Made by a program: the position numbers and the translations under genes
The notes under the pieces: model-generated
What the model was told of the DNA's origin: nothing
Seen by the model: only the letters and a program-made list of their open reading frames with translations
Database searches by the model: none
Assembly (NCBI GenBank): GCA_030390025.1
Contig: CM059431.1
Coordinates: forward strand, 142,292,001 to 142,356,000
Direction: 5' to 3'
DNA from: Squalus acanthias
Lineage: Eukaryota
Length of the DNA stretch: 64,000 nucleotides
Part shown: positions 38,415 to 50,399 of the stretch, piece by piece
How the letters are laid out: every line of letters starts with the position of its first letter
Position numbering within the stretch: the stretch's first letter is position 1

Positions 38415-40085
38415 AAAAAGAGAAAATGCTGGAAATACTCAGCAGGTCAGGCAGTATCTGTGGAGAGAGTAACAGAGTTAACGTTTCAGGTCGATGACAC
38501 TTCGTCAGAACTGGAAAAAAGCTGGAGATGTAACAGATGTTAAGCAAGTGTAAGGGCAGGGAAAGGAGGGAGGGGAGGAAAGAACAAAAGGGAAGGTCTG
38601 TGATAAAATGGAAGGCAGGAGAGATTAAGAGATTTAAAAGAGATTGACAGATGATGCAAGGCAAAAGGAGATAGTAATGGGACAAGTTAAGAAAAAAATG
38701 ATGGCTCTAGATGAAGTGTAAGTGGCACTGGCAGAATGAAAGACAGCTGCCATGTGGGAGAGAGAAAAAAAATGGAAAAAAAGGATAGGGGCAGAGTTTA
38801 TGGTCTGAAATTGTGGAATTTATGTTCAGTCCGGAAGGCTGTAAAGTGCTTAATGGAAAGATGAGGTGCAGTTCCTCGAGCTTACGTTGAGCTTCATTGG
38901 AACAGTGTAAGAGGCCGAGGACGGAGAGGTCAGAGTGGGAGTGGAGCGGAGAATTAAAGTGACAGGCCACAGGAAGCTCGGGGTCAACCTTACGGAATGA
39001 ACGGAGGTGTTCCGCAAAGCGGTCACCCAATCTGTGTTTGGTCTCCCCAATGTATAGGAGACCGCATCGTGAGCAGCGAATACAGTATACTAAATTGCAA
39101 GAATTAAAAGTAAATCGCTGTTTCACCTGCAAGCAGTGTTATGGGCCCTGGACAGTGGGAAGGCTGGAGGTAAAAGGGCATGTTTTGCATCTCCTGTGCT
39201 TACACGGGAAGGTGCCGGGCAAAGGGAAATGGGTGTTGGGGGTGATAGAGGAGTGGACTAGGGTGTCGCGGAGGCAGCGGTCCCTTGGGACTACTGAAAG
39301 GGGAGGTGAGGGGCAGATGTTTTTGGTGATGGGATCACGCTGGAGCCGGCGGAAATGATGGAGGATGAGCCGTTGAATGTGCAGGCTGGTGGGGTGAAAG
39401 ATGAGAAAAAGTGGAACCCTATCCTGGTTCCGGGAGGGAGGGGAATGGGTGAGAGCAGAAGTGCGGTAAATAGAACGGACTCGGTCAAGGGCCATGTCAA
39501 CCACAGTAGAGGGGTATCCTCGTTAAGGAAAAAGGAAGACATGTCGGAAGCACTGATATGGAAGCTGTCATCGTCAGAGCAGATGCGGCGGTGATAGGGA
39601 AACTGGGAGAATGGAATAGAGTCCTTACAAGAATCGGGGTGGGAGGAAGTGTAGTCGAGGTAGCTGTGAGAGTCAGTGGGTTTGTATGCGAATGTTTGTC
39701 AATAGCCTATCCCTTTGAGATGGATTCAGAGAAGTCGAGCCAGGGAAGGGTAGAGTCGGAGATGGAGATGTGAAGGTGAGTGAAGTGTGGAAATTTTAAG
39801 CAAAGTGAATTAAATTTTCTAGTTCCGGTCGAGAGCAGGTAACAGCACCGATACAGTCATCAATGTACCTGAAAAAGAGGTGAGGGAGGGGACCTGATTA
39901 GGACTGGAACAAAGAATGTTCCACCTATCCCGCGAAAAGGCAGGCATAGCTGGAACCCATGCGGGTTCCCATAGCAACACCTTTAATTTGGAGAAAGTGA
40001 GTGGAGTCAAAGGAGAAGTTTTTCAATGTGAGAACATTTTCAGCCAGGCGGAGGAGGCTGGTGGTGGACGGGGACTGTTTGGGCC
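38415..40085 (-). mobile_element. Penelope-like retroelement (RT C-terminal part, GIY-YIG endonuclease, 3' terminal repeat)
   Basis: Minus strand has FLQIKGVAMGTRMG and RYIDD RT motifs (~39860-40010) and the GIY-YIG motif NLVYCIRCSRCGLLYIGETKHRLGDRFAEHLRS (38707-39132). A terminal hammerhead is present. Confidence 0.9.
38476..38512 (-). ncRNA. Minimal type I hammerhead ribozyme motif in the Penelope terminus
   Basis: AGUU CUGACGA AGUGUC AUC GACCU GAAA CG UU AACU. Core is intact, with stem I AGUU/AACU and a one-base bulge in stem II. Confidence 0.75.
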
Positions 40086-40094
40086 TCTGAGAAC

Positions 40095-42265
40095 AGTCCT
40101 AACTTTTCCAACCTCTCCTCATAACTGAAGTTCCTCATCCCTGGTAACATCCTGGTAAACTTCTTCTGTTCACTCTATAAGGCCTTCACATCTTTCCTGA
40201 AGGGTGGTGCTCAGAATTGTCAACAATACTCCAGCTGAGGATTTACCAGTGATTTATAAAATTCTCGCATGATCGCTTTCCTTTTATATTCTATTCCATT
40301 ATTTATAAACCCAATTAAAACATGTAATTTTTAACCAACTTTTCAACTTGCCGTGCCACATTTAAGGATTTGTGTGTATGGACACCAAGGTTCCTCTGCT
40401 CATTTAAACTTTTCAATATTGTGCCATTTATAGTACACTGTCTTTCCATTTTAGTCCTCCCAAAGTGCATCACTTCAAACTTCTCCGCATTGAGCTGCAT
40501 CTGCTCTTCTTCCCATTTTCCCATCCTTGCTCTTTCAGCCTGCAGCCTGTAAGTACCCTCATTACTATCTACTTATTTTCCAAGATTCGTATCATCTGCT
40601 AAGTGTGTAATGTTGCTGCCTATGTTGTTTATAAAAAATGAAAAGTGTAATGGACCCAAAATGACCCTTGGGGAACAGCACGGCAAACTACCTCCCAGTC
40701 TGAAAAAACATCCATCCTCGACCACCATTGGCTTCCTATCACTGAGAATATTTTGTAGCCACATGCCACTTTCCACTTCATGCCATGGGTTTCCATCTTC
40801 TTAACAAGCTGCATATCCAAACCAGATATCCAAGTTTGCCGATATAGATGTATATGTAGATGTAGATGGAAGCATGAAATTATAAAGAGATATTAATAGA
40901 TTAACTGACTGGACAAAACTTTGGCAAATGATTTTTAACCTGGGCAAATATGAGATTATCGACTTTGGACCCAAATAAGATAGATCAGAGTGATAAACAG
41001 TGAGAGGCTAGAAACAGTGGAGGTCCAAAGAGGCTTAAGGTTCCATGTACATATATCATTAAATAGCATGGACAGGTACAGAAAATAATCAAAAAAGGTT
41101 AATGCAATGCTGATATTTATATCTAGAAAACTACAGTATCAGGGGAAAAGTTATGCAACAGCAATACAAATTGCTGGTTATACTGTATTCAGTTCCGGGC
41201 ACCAAACATTAGGAAGGAAGTATTAGCCTTAAAGAGTGAAGCGTAGATAAAGAGAGATCAGAATACATTCTAAACGAAGTAAACCTGGAACCAGTGGATG
41301 TCCAAAGATACTTAAGGGTCCATGTACATTTATCATTAAATTGTCATGGACATGTACAGAAAAATAATCGAAAAGGCTAATTGAATGCTGGTCTTTATAT
41401 CTATAGGATTACAATATAAGGGGGAGAAATTATGCTATGCCAGAGCCATAACAGCTCAGAAGGAGGCTATTCGGTCCATCGAGTCCGTGCCGGCTCTTTG
41501 TAGAGCGATCCAGTCAGTCCCATTTCCCGGCTCCATCCCCGTAGCTCTGCAAGTTTATTTCCCTCAAGTGCCTATCCATTCTCCCCTTGAAATCATTGAG
41601 TGTCTCTGCTTCCACCACATCCATCGGCAACGAATTCCAGATCTTCACCACTCGCTGCTAACATTATTTTTCCTCAGGTCCCCCCCTGTATCACTTGCCC
41701 AAAACCTTAAATCTGTGTTCCTAGCCCTTGTACCATCAACTAGTGAGAACAGACGTTCCCCGTCTAGCCTATCCAAACCCGTCATAACCTTGTACACCTC
41801 TATCAAATTACCCTTCAGAATCCTTTGCTCTAATGAAAACAAAACCAGCTTCTCCAACCTGTCCTTGTAGCTAAGACCCCCCATCCCTGTACACATTCCA
41901 GTAAATTTCATCTGCACCCTCTTAATGGCCTTCACATCCTTCCTAAAGTGTGGTGACCAGAACTGGACGCAATAATCCAGTTGTGGCCTCACCAGCATTT
42001 TATAAAGGTGCAGCATAACTTCTCTACTTTTGTGCTCAATACCTCTATTTATGAAGCCCAAGATCCCATATGTTTTTCTAACCACTCTCTCTATGTCCTG
42101 CCACCTTCAGGGACCTATGCACATTAACTCGCAGGTCACTCTGTCCCTGCACACTCTTTAGAACTGTGCCATTAAGTGTATATTGCCTGTCCCTGTTCCT
42201 TCTGCCAAAATGCATCACCTCACACTTCTCTGTATTAAATTCCATAAGCCATTTGTCTGTTAGCC
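40095..42265. mobile_element. Nested CR1-type LINE fragments (minus 40095-40810, plus 40825-41440, minus 41445-42265)
   Basis: QMQLNAEKFEVMHFGR and LYKMLVRPQLDYCVQFWSPHFRKD-type ORF remnants on both strands. Confidence 0.85.
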
Positions 42266-42347
42266 TTCTCTGTCCTGTAGAAATGGAGCGGCTGGACAAG
42301 GGACGTGTCGTTTGGAAAGCATCGCCTGAATTATTCAAGAACAGTCG

Positions 42348-42403
42348 AGGCATGGACGGGGATCGAACCCGCGCTCTTCGGTTTACAAGAATTACGCACT
42401 CTA
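42348..42403 (-). pseudogene. tRNA-Thr pseudogene, 3' portion (TGT anticodon in a Thr-CGT-like body)
   Basis: Minus strand TCTTGTAAACCGAAGAGCGCGGGTTCGATCCCCGTCCATGCCT resembles tRNA-Thr(CGT) TCTCGTAAACCGAAGATCGCGGGTTCGAACCCCGTCCGTGCCT. The 5' end is lost at a CR1 junction. Confidence 0.7.
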
Positions 42404-43350
42404 CATTTATCATTAAATTGTCATGGACAGGTACAGAAAATAATCAACAAGTATAATTAAATGGTGGTATTTATATCAATAGGATTAAAATATAAGGGGC
42501 AGAATTTATACAGAGCACTGGTTGGACCACACCTGGAATACTGTGTTCACTTCTGGGCATCACACCTTAGGAAGGTAGTATTAGGATTAAAGAGTGAAGC
42601 GTAGTTTTATCGGAATGATACATAGAGTCCAAGGGTTCAATTGCAATGGGAGATTACAAAAAGCTAGGGTTATCTTCACTGGAATTTAGAAGCTTAAGGG
42701 ATGATATGATTGAAGTATTCACGATATTAAGGGGAACTGATAGGGTAGAGAGAGAGAAGCTATTTCCGATAATTGGCGAGTCTAGGACTAGGGTCCACAG
42801 CCTAAATATTAGACCCAAGCCTTTACAGGAGTGAAATTAGGAAACACTTCTACATGGAATGGATGGTAGAAATTTGTAACTCACTTCCACTAACAGCAGT
42901 TAATGTTGGGTCAATTGTAAATTTTAAACCTGAGATTGATGGATTATTGTTAACCAAAGGTATTAAGGAATCTCGGGTTGTAATCACCGGAATTTAGAAG
43001 CTTAAGAAATGATATGATTGAAGTATTCACGATATTAAGGGGAACTGACAGGTTCGATAGAGAGAAGTTATTTCCGATAATTGGCGAGTCTAGGACGAGG
43101 GGTCACAGCCGAAAGATTAGGTCCAAGCCTTTGCAGGAGTGAAATTAGGAAAGACTTCTCCATGGAATGGGTGGTAGAAATTTGTATCTCACTTCCACAA
43201 ACAGCAGCTAATATTGGGTCAATTGTTAAACTTTGATTGATTGATATTAAACACAGGTATTAAGGAATCTGGTGCAAAGGGAGTTGGATCACAGATCTCA
43301 TTGAATGGCAGAACAGAATCGAAGGCCTAAATGGTGCACTCCTGTTGCCA
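42404..43350 (+). mobile_element. CR1-type LINE 3' fragment with an internal ~310-bp tandem duplication
   Basis: ggaatttagaagcttaag at 42681 and 42989, with colinear downstream sequence. Confidence 0.8.
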
Positions 43351-43387
43351 TTATTAAATAAGCTGAGTTTTACTTTACTGCATGAAT

Positions 43388-43460
43388 GTGGGGGATGAGG
43401 ATTTGTACCCTGGACTCTCCGATTAAAGGTCTGATACTCTACCAATTGAGCTATCCGGGC
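43388..43460 (-). pseudogene. tRNA-Lys(TTT) pseudogene
   Basis: Minus strand GCCCGGATAGCTCAATTGGTAGAGTATCAGACCTTTAATCGGAGAGTCCAGGGTACAAATCC. The B box is mutated and the 3' acceptor strand is lost. Confidence 0.8.
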
Positions 43461-43544
43461 TCTTGTCAAACCAGCGTCACTAAAGGACCTTCACTGCTTG
43501 CCCTGCATCATTACACTCTCAGATAAATCATTCAAATATCATGC

Positions 43545-43980
43545 ACATTTAAAGAAAATAATCAAATAGGCCAATAGCATACTGCCATTTATATCTAGAG
43601 GTCTAGAATACAAGGGGGTAGAAGTTGTCATGCAGCTATACGAAGCCCTGTTTAGACCACACCTGGAGTACTGTGAGCAGTTCTGGGCACCACACCTTAA
43701 GAAGGATATTTTGGCCTTGCAGGGAGTGCAGCGTAGGTTTACCAAAATGATACCCAGATACCAAGGATGAAATATTAAACAAATTATGAATGTATTGCCT
43801 AGAATTTAGAAGGTTGAGGAGAGATTTGATTAACGTTTTCAAGATATGAATAGGAACAGATAAGGTAGATAGAGAGAAGCTATTTCCGCAGGTTGGTGAT
43901 TCTAGGACTAGGGAGCATAATCTAAAAATTAGAGCCAGGCTTTTCAGGAGTGCAATTAGGAAACGCTTCTAAACACAAAA
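43545..43980 (+). mobile_element. CR1-type LINE fragment
   Basis: ggtctagaatacaagggggtagaagtt...agaccacacctggagtactgtgagcagttctgg. Confidence 0.8.
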
Positions 43981-44039
43981 CAGTCATTAACAATGGCATT
44001 CAGCGTTTGATCCATACAAGTCCACCACATCGGCTGCAG

Positions 44040-44770
44040 TAGCCGTTGAACTAGCTGTCAACCTGTGGCGCCCAATACAGTTGTGGGCCCAATGGATGAG
44101 CTCATTACGGGGTGACTGCGGGACTACCCGTTTTCCCTGATTAAATTACAAGTTATCCTGTGCTGTAAAATTGTCCTTTCTGTTCAAGTCATCTTTGGGC
44201 CATGCACCCTAATCTTTAATGATTGCCTGGACTGAGTTAACCCAAGGGTCCTCACCCTGCACCCTTGAAAGGGCGAAAGGAAAATGTTTCACTTCAAACT
44301 TTATTTACCTGGCCCTGGAAGGCATATGTGGCGGATCCCACAGTTTTGCGGCACTCTCAAACTCCTGGGCTAGCTGCTCTGCCTCACCATTACCACTGGC
44401 CATGGGGGGGATTTTAACAAGGAATCGGATTTGACATATGGCCTTAATTTTATCTTCACTGAACTTATGTACATCACGTTCTGCAACCACTCCTAGATAG
44501 TGCACTATGGGCTGTACAAACCCAGCATTCTTTGGGTTTATTTTATCCCGCTATCCCATTATAGAACCAAGCATTCTCTGAGCAAGGTGCAATGCTCTTC
44601 AGTTGTTTCCGTATGGAACAATATATCCTCTACCAACTCGACCAGGGCCTCCGGTCGGCATGACCTTTGTAACACCTTGCTCAGTAACTGATGGAATAGA
44701 GCAGGTGAGCAGTGGAAACCCTGAGGTCAACAGTTCGAAGTATAAGTGTTGCTCACGGAATGTAAATGCA
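44040..44770 (-). mobile_element. Degraded LTR-retroelement/ERV pol fragment (RT plus integrase zinc-finger region)
   Basis: Minus-strand pieces: PQGFHCSPALFHQLL, LVEDILFHTETTEEHCTLL (YxDD region), VHYLG, DKIKAI and VVPQSPRNELIHWAH. Confidence 0.65.
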
Positions 44771-45049
44771 AATGTCTATTGGCATTCAGGGGTTAGGTGC
44801 ATTGACCAAAAATCATTCGATATTTCAAAAACTAAACATACAGCTCGCCGAGGGAAACATGAGGTTATCAGGTGAGGGCTGCCGAGGGTGTGTACTTATT
44901 TACATCTTGATAATTAATAGTAAGTAATTGGCACATGGACCAGAGAGGAGTTCATGCGTTTTTTAATTAAATATCGAATAGTTCTGATCTGGAATGCATT
45001 GTCCAAAAGGTTCATGGAAGCTGATTCAATAATAACAAAATAAAGTCTT

Positions 45050-45485
45050 GCCTGTATACAGCACGGTTCACCACCTCAGGACGTCACAAAGCGCTTTACA
45101 GCAAAATAAGTATTTTTGAGGTGTGGACACTGTTGTAATGTTGGAAGCGGGACAGCCAATCTGTGCACAGCAACATCTCAGAAGAGCAATGAGATAATGA
45201 CCACTTAATCTGTTTTAGTGTTGGTTGAGGGATGAATATTGTCCGGGACACTATGGAGACCGCCCCTGCTCCTCTTCGTAATAGGGCTGTGGGATCTTTT
45301 ATGTCTTGCTGAGAGCTTGGCTTAATGTCCCATCCGAAAGACGACAGCTCCGACAGTGCAGCACACACTCAGCACTGCACTGAAGTGTCAGCAGAGATTT
45401 TGTGTTCAAGTCTCTGGAGCGGGCCTTTAACCCACTGCCATCTGATTCAGAGGCGAGAGTGCCAACACAGAGCCACTGCTGACAC
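45050..45485 (-). mobile_element. Deu-domain SINE (SacSINE1/AmnSINE-like)
   Basis: cctcaggacgtcacaaagcgctttacagc...atccgaaagacgacagctccgacagtgcagcac. Related copies lie at 9540 and 57000. Confidence 0.65.
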
Positions 45486-48362
45486 CCTTATAAAAATAGC
45501 AACTTTCAAAAGGGAACTGGATATTTACTTGAAAAGGAAAGGGTTGCTGGGCTGTGGGGAAAGAGCAGCGGAGTTGTACAAATATCAGAGAGCCGCGTGA
45601 GACACTATAGGCCGCATGGCCTCCTTATGTGCTTTCTGATTCTATGATTCTAGGCCGCTTATGTTGCCCGCTCATTAATGTGAATGGAATGAAAGCTGAG
45701 GAAACGCTTCAATAATTTTCTGATAAGCCGCCCGCAGTGCGTGTGAGATTGCGGCCGTGGGGCAGGTCTGGGAGATCCCAGCGCTGGAGTAGACAAGCGG
45801 AAAGTAGTTGACGAATAAAAATGTATTCATCCACTTAAAAGATAATAGGAGGCACAGTGGGCTCCAAGTCATTATGTCGGGAGCATTGTTAAGAATTAAG
45901 CGAAAGCTTTTTAATTATCTAACGAAACTAGCAGGTAGATAGCAAGGACTAGCAAAGGCCGTTTGGTAAATATTCGAGTAGAACACAAGGGAATCATTGC
46001 AGGAGTGCTTGCAACAGCGGTTTCTAAATGTAGTTACAGTTTTCAACCACATAACATGGGAATCTGGAATCCAGGGACCCAGACACCGCGAGATAGAGGA
46101 ATGGGGACTGACAGGAGTGACGGTTCACTGACACTGTTGCAAGTTTCCACAATTAGAGAAGATTCCTGAGGATCTGACAGCAGCTGAAATAATCCTAGTG
46201 TTTAAAATAAGGCCAGGGCAGATCCAGTGGGTGAGCTCCTGGGAGAGGAGCAATATAAAAGGGAATTATATTGGTTTGAGGAACGATGTGTTATCTTTAA
46301 CCTACCTGCTGGAGTTTCTGAAACACATCACTGGCCTGTAGGGCAGGGGAAATGCAGTGGGAATGACCCAGTCTGATTTTAACGAAGCAGCGGAAAAGGT
46401 TCCACATCTACAAACGGTGAGGAATTATGGGATGGGTGGGAGATCTGGCACTGCACAGACAGCTCATTACAAAATGGAAGTAGGCTATCGACAAATGGAA
46501 ACCTGTAAGGGAAGGGTGACTATTGAACGTCTGGGATCTTCTTTGCTACCAGTTTATATTTAATGTTTTGTTTAATCGAATCTCAACGGGGATGAGGGTA
46601 TCTTAGAAACAAAATAAATGATAATGAGGCCAAAATATGTAACTCTATAAAACCATAGATATTGGGTGCGAGTGCTCATATCACCCATTCTCTCTCTACC
46701 AGGTTCTTTGAAACAGCAATCAAAAACTATCCGCACTCTCTTCCACTCTCTCCACAGATATTTGATTTCTCTGCTTCAAATATTCATCTAATTTCCCCTT
46801 AACTATTCCCTGAGGCAAAACATTCCATGCTCCAGCAACCCTTTGAATAAACGCGATTCTGCTAACCTCTCTGCTCAGTTCCTTTGTGACCATCTTAAGT
46901 CGACCGCCCTTTATCGCTGATTAATCGACTAGGTGGAATGAGACCATCCTCTTCACTCTGCCAAAACTTTTCATACTTTTTAAAAGCTCTATTAAATATA
47001 CTCTTAGCTTCTGCTGCTCTACCGTAAGTTGACCCAATATCTTGTCCCTCATCATCAGTATATTTATGATCCATGGCACCACCCTGGTGCATCGACACTG
47101 CCCGCTCGCAGTGGATTTAATGTATTTTCCACAATGAGGGGCCGAAGCTGTACCCGCTGTTCCAAAGGTGGCCTCACCAGTATTTAGGAAAGATTCATCA
47201 TCACTTGATTATTCTTGTGATCTATGTCCCTGTCCCTCAAACACCAATTTATGTTTGGTTTCTCATGGATTTATCCACCTGAAACCGCAGTTTCTATGAA
47301 TTCAGTATTTGGATACCTATTGCTCGCAGTCCATCCACACCCTATAGCTCCTTCTCACACTCTTCAGCTCCCGTTCCTTGGCGCTTCTCGCTCAATCAGG
47401 CGAGATCACCGATGAACAATTTGTAATTGATTCAAAGTTGCTGATATTTTTCAATTACCTTTTGGAACAATGTGGAACCGAATAATAAGACATTAATGAC
47501 CAAAGATTGTTTCTGACCGTCTGCAAATGTTCAACCAAATACAGAATACCTACTATCAGTTTGATTTTATCTAAATTTCTGCAAGTGTTTTATGTTGACG
47601 AGAGTTTGCATCAATTGTAATAGTTAATAACTATATGAATGATCATTAATTTTTACATACCTTTACCATTTTGTTTGGGACACTGATTGAGAATGAATAT
47701 CAATAATATTACTCATGATACGTTTATCGACATCAAAAAACATGAGCAGACTAATGTGCTTTGTGCTGAGTGAGAGACACCAGTCAGTGTACAATCGAGA
47801 TTTAAATCAATATCTGGGAAAACAGGAGAAAGGTCACATCGATGAGCCGAGTTCCGACAGCTTCCTCCATTCGAGCATTGATCACGTGACTCTATTTTTC
47901 AATGAGGAATGGAGTCCGATAGAGAGACCCGCGCCTGCAATACTCACACCAAACTTCCAGGAAAGTTACTAATATCGGCGATCGCAAGACCTTTAATTGT
48001 TTCGGCACTACATGAAATTGATGATTTTAAAGTGGCGCGCCTGATCGCAGTACCTGCAGTGTGAGATGGATTCCTCTGTTTCCCACATGTCCGACTCCAC
48101 TGCTGCACCTCATCATTGTTATCTTTGATCCCTGAACTTGAAATGTGCTAACTTTGTAGGAATAGGTTATGTTTACTCAACGAAAGAAGAAAACCAATGT
48201 AAAGCAGACATCAAACGTATGCTACAAAATGGAAGAAAGATTCACACAAGAACTCTCCCATTATTCACATTACCAGAAAGAAGGACACTCAACGGTGGAA
48301 AAGGAGCTGAAAAGGAGCTTTAGTTACGAAGAAGCTTGCATTTGACTTTATTATTTTTCCTC

Positions 48363-49266
48363 TCATTTTCCAGCTAATCTCAGAATCAGTGTACAGGGAG
48401 ATTTCAACACACTCTTCAGTTCTTCTCTGAATTTCCGCTGGGTCGCTGCATAAATACACGTGTTTAGACAGGAACTCAAATACTTCAACATTGCTCCGGT
48501 TTCAGTCGCGATATATCCAGGCTCTGTGCCGTCGAATCGGTAATAATTTGTGCTTGACAGTCTGGTAGTTACCAAACTCACGGCATTTGTCATCCACAAC
48601 TGTATAAAACTAACTGATACAGTGAAGAGTAAAATGATGGATTTCTGTCGGTTCTCCGTCTCTGGATCACACTGATTCTCCCTGCTGTGACCACGGAATC
48701 CCTTTCGGGCTTTATTGGCCATTAAAATACGTCTGACTGTCAAATAATTAAACAAGACAATCAAAGTAAAAGGAAGCCAAACAACCCAGGCGCTGTGAAA
48801 CCAGACGTAGGCTACACCTGGAGGTGAAGAAAAAAAGAGATACTGGATCGGCAGCCCCACTGCACCTTGTTAATTATTTGCTGAGGTTCAAATGCAAACA
48901 GTACAGGTATATCCTTTAATAAGATCAGGACTGAGAACGTTGTTATAACCGCGGCCGCAGTTCTCTCGGTGCAATGCTTTGGTTTGAACTTCTGGCAGCA
49001 GATAACTACAAATCGATCAAATGTGAAGGAGACGGTGAACCAAACAGACAAATCGAGGGTGACAGCAGTCATGTATAGAATGAACTTACACACGGGAGTC
49101 TGGAATAGGAATGAAAATGGAAAGTGATAACTGAAAATATAATACACTACAACATTGAAGATCATGATCAGTAGATCTGCTGTTGCCATGGCCACCATGT
49201 AGACAGAGATACACTTGGAAAGGCCGCAGTTTCCTTGGGAGAGAATCACATTTGTCATCAAGCTCG
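48363..49266 (-). pseudogene. Exon 2 of GPR139-like paralogue B, with a single frameshift
   Basis: Acceptor tctctttcttacag|CG. ORFs 48812-49261 and 48363-48860 are the two halves of one 7TM receptor. The frame changes at the A7 run at 48830-48836. Confidence 0.88.
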
Positions 49267-49693
49267 CTGTAAGAAAGAGAGAGGAGAGAAATAATGTTAT
49301 AATGTCTGATTAAAATATATATGGAGATACATGGGGAGAGCATTTTACTCCGTTGAGTGTGATTATCCACACGGAGCAGTGTGAGAACAGGATTAGTATT
49401 GGAGCCATTGGAGCCACCCACACATTTTAATGAGCTGCTGCAGCGCTCACTCTGCACGGGGTGACAAGACGGTCCGGAAATCCGCTAAAATCCTTGTGTT
49501 GGACCTTCAAAGAACATCGTAAAATGAGTAAGGATTGAGGGGAATGGGGAAAGTGTGGGTGGCGAATCACGTGTTTGTCCGGGTAACTACCGACTGTGCT
49601 GACATCAGGGAAACACGTTACCTTATCCAACAGGCTGTAAGAACAGGGAGACAGTAAACACCGATTAATAACAAACAGGTTACAATGGCTCAC

Positions 49694-49763
49694 CGGGGAC
49701 ACCGACGGCCGCGAGAATCGGGTAGTAAATCTCTTTGATCAGCAGTATAACTGGTCGCCCCGT
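49694..49763 (-). pseudogene. Exon 1 of GPR139-like paralogue B, with the start codon reading ACG
   Basis: ACG GGG CGA CCA... encodes (T)GRPVILLIKEIYYPILAAVGVP, then G|GTGAG. It is 70 bp and colinear with paralogue A exon 1. Confidence 0.8.
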
Positions 49764-50399
49764 TTTCTGTGAGAACGGTGAATTCTGTCGGAGCTGAAAG
49801 ACTCTGACTGGCGCACGGCTGAGGCAATGGAAGGGAGCCTATATTTATTCGCACATCAATCCTCCAGGGAGACAATCAGGCTACATCATTATAGCATTAG
49901 TTACAGTCATTTAACAAATAGACTCAGGTTAGTGTTTTGTTTTTATCAGATACACCGACTTCAGGCAAATAGTTGAAATGGTTATCGGACAGTTTAAAAA
50001 CACATTATTTACAAATGGAAAGTGGAATCTCCCAGTACTGATGCTGAGCCTATTCCTACAGGACGGGTGAACGCATCTCCCCCTGCAGTAATCGCCCTGA
50101 CCCAGGCCTCACCCCCAGTGCCCAACTCCTCCCGAACAGGCGATCAGCCTAATCCTGTCAGCAACCGGGCAGCGCCATAGAGCTTAACCATTTCCTTATG
50201 TTTATTTCTAATAAAAAGTATTCCTTGATGTATTTTTCAGTGGTAACCTGGTGCGATTTTATTAATACAGCCAACTGGATTATCAGCTGGAATAAGCCTT
50301 TTTACTAAGGGTGTCCAGTCCTCCACCTGTGGGTAACATGATTGAGAATCACTGAAAATGACTTCAGAAACGACACTGAACCTTTTAATGTTACTTTGG

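Larger units (their letters stand above)
33985..38415. repeat. Diverged tandem triplication of a ~1.6-2.2 kb unit (third copy truncated)
   Basis: gccaactccagctccgc(c/t)caca at ~34466, ~36714 and ~38359. Colinear similarity extends on both sides. Confidence 0.88.
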
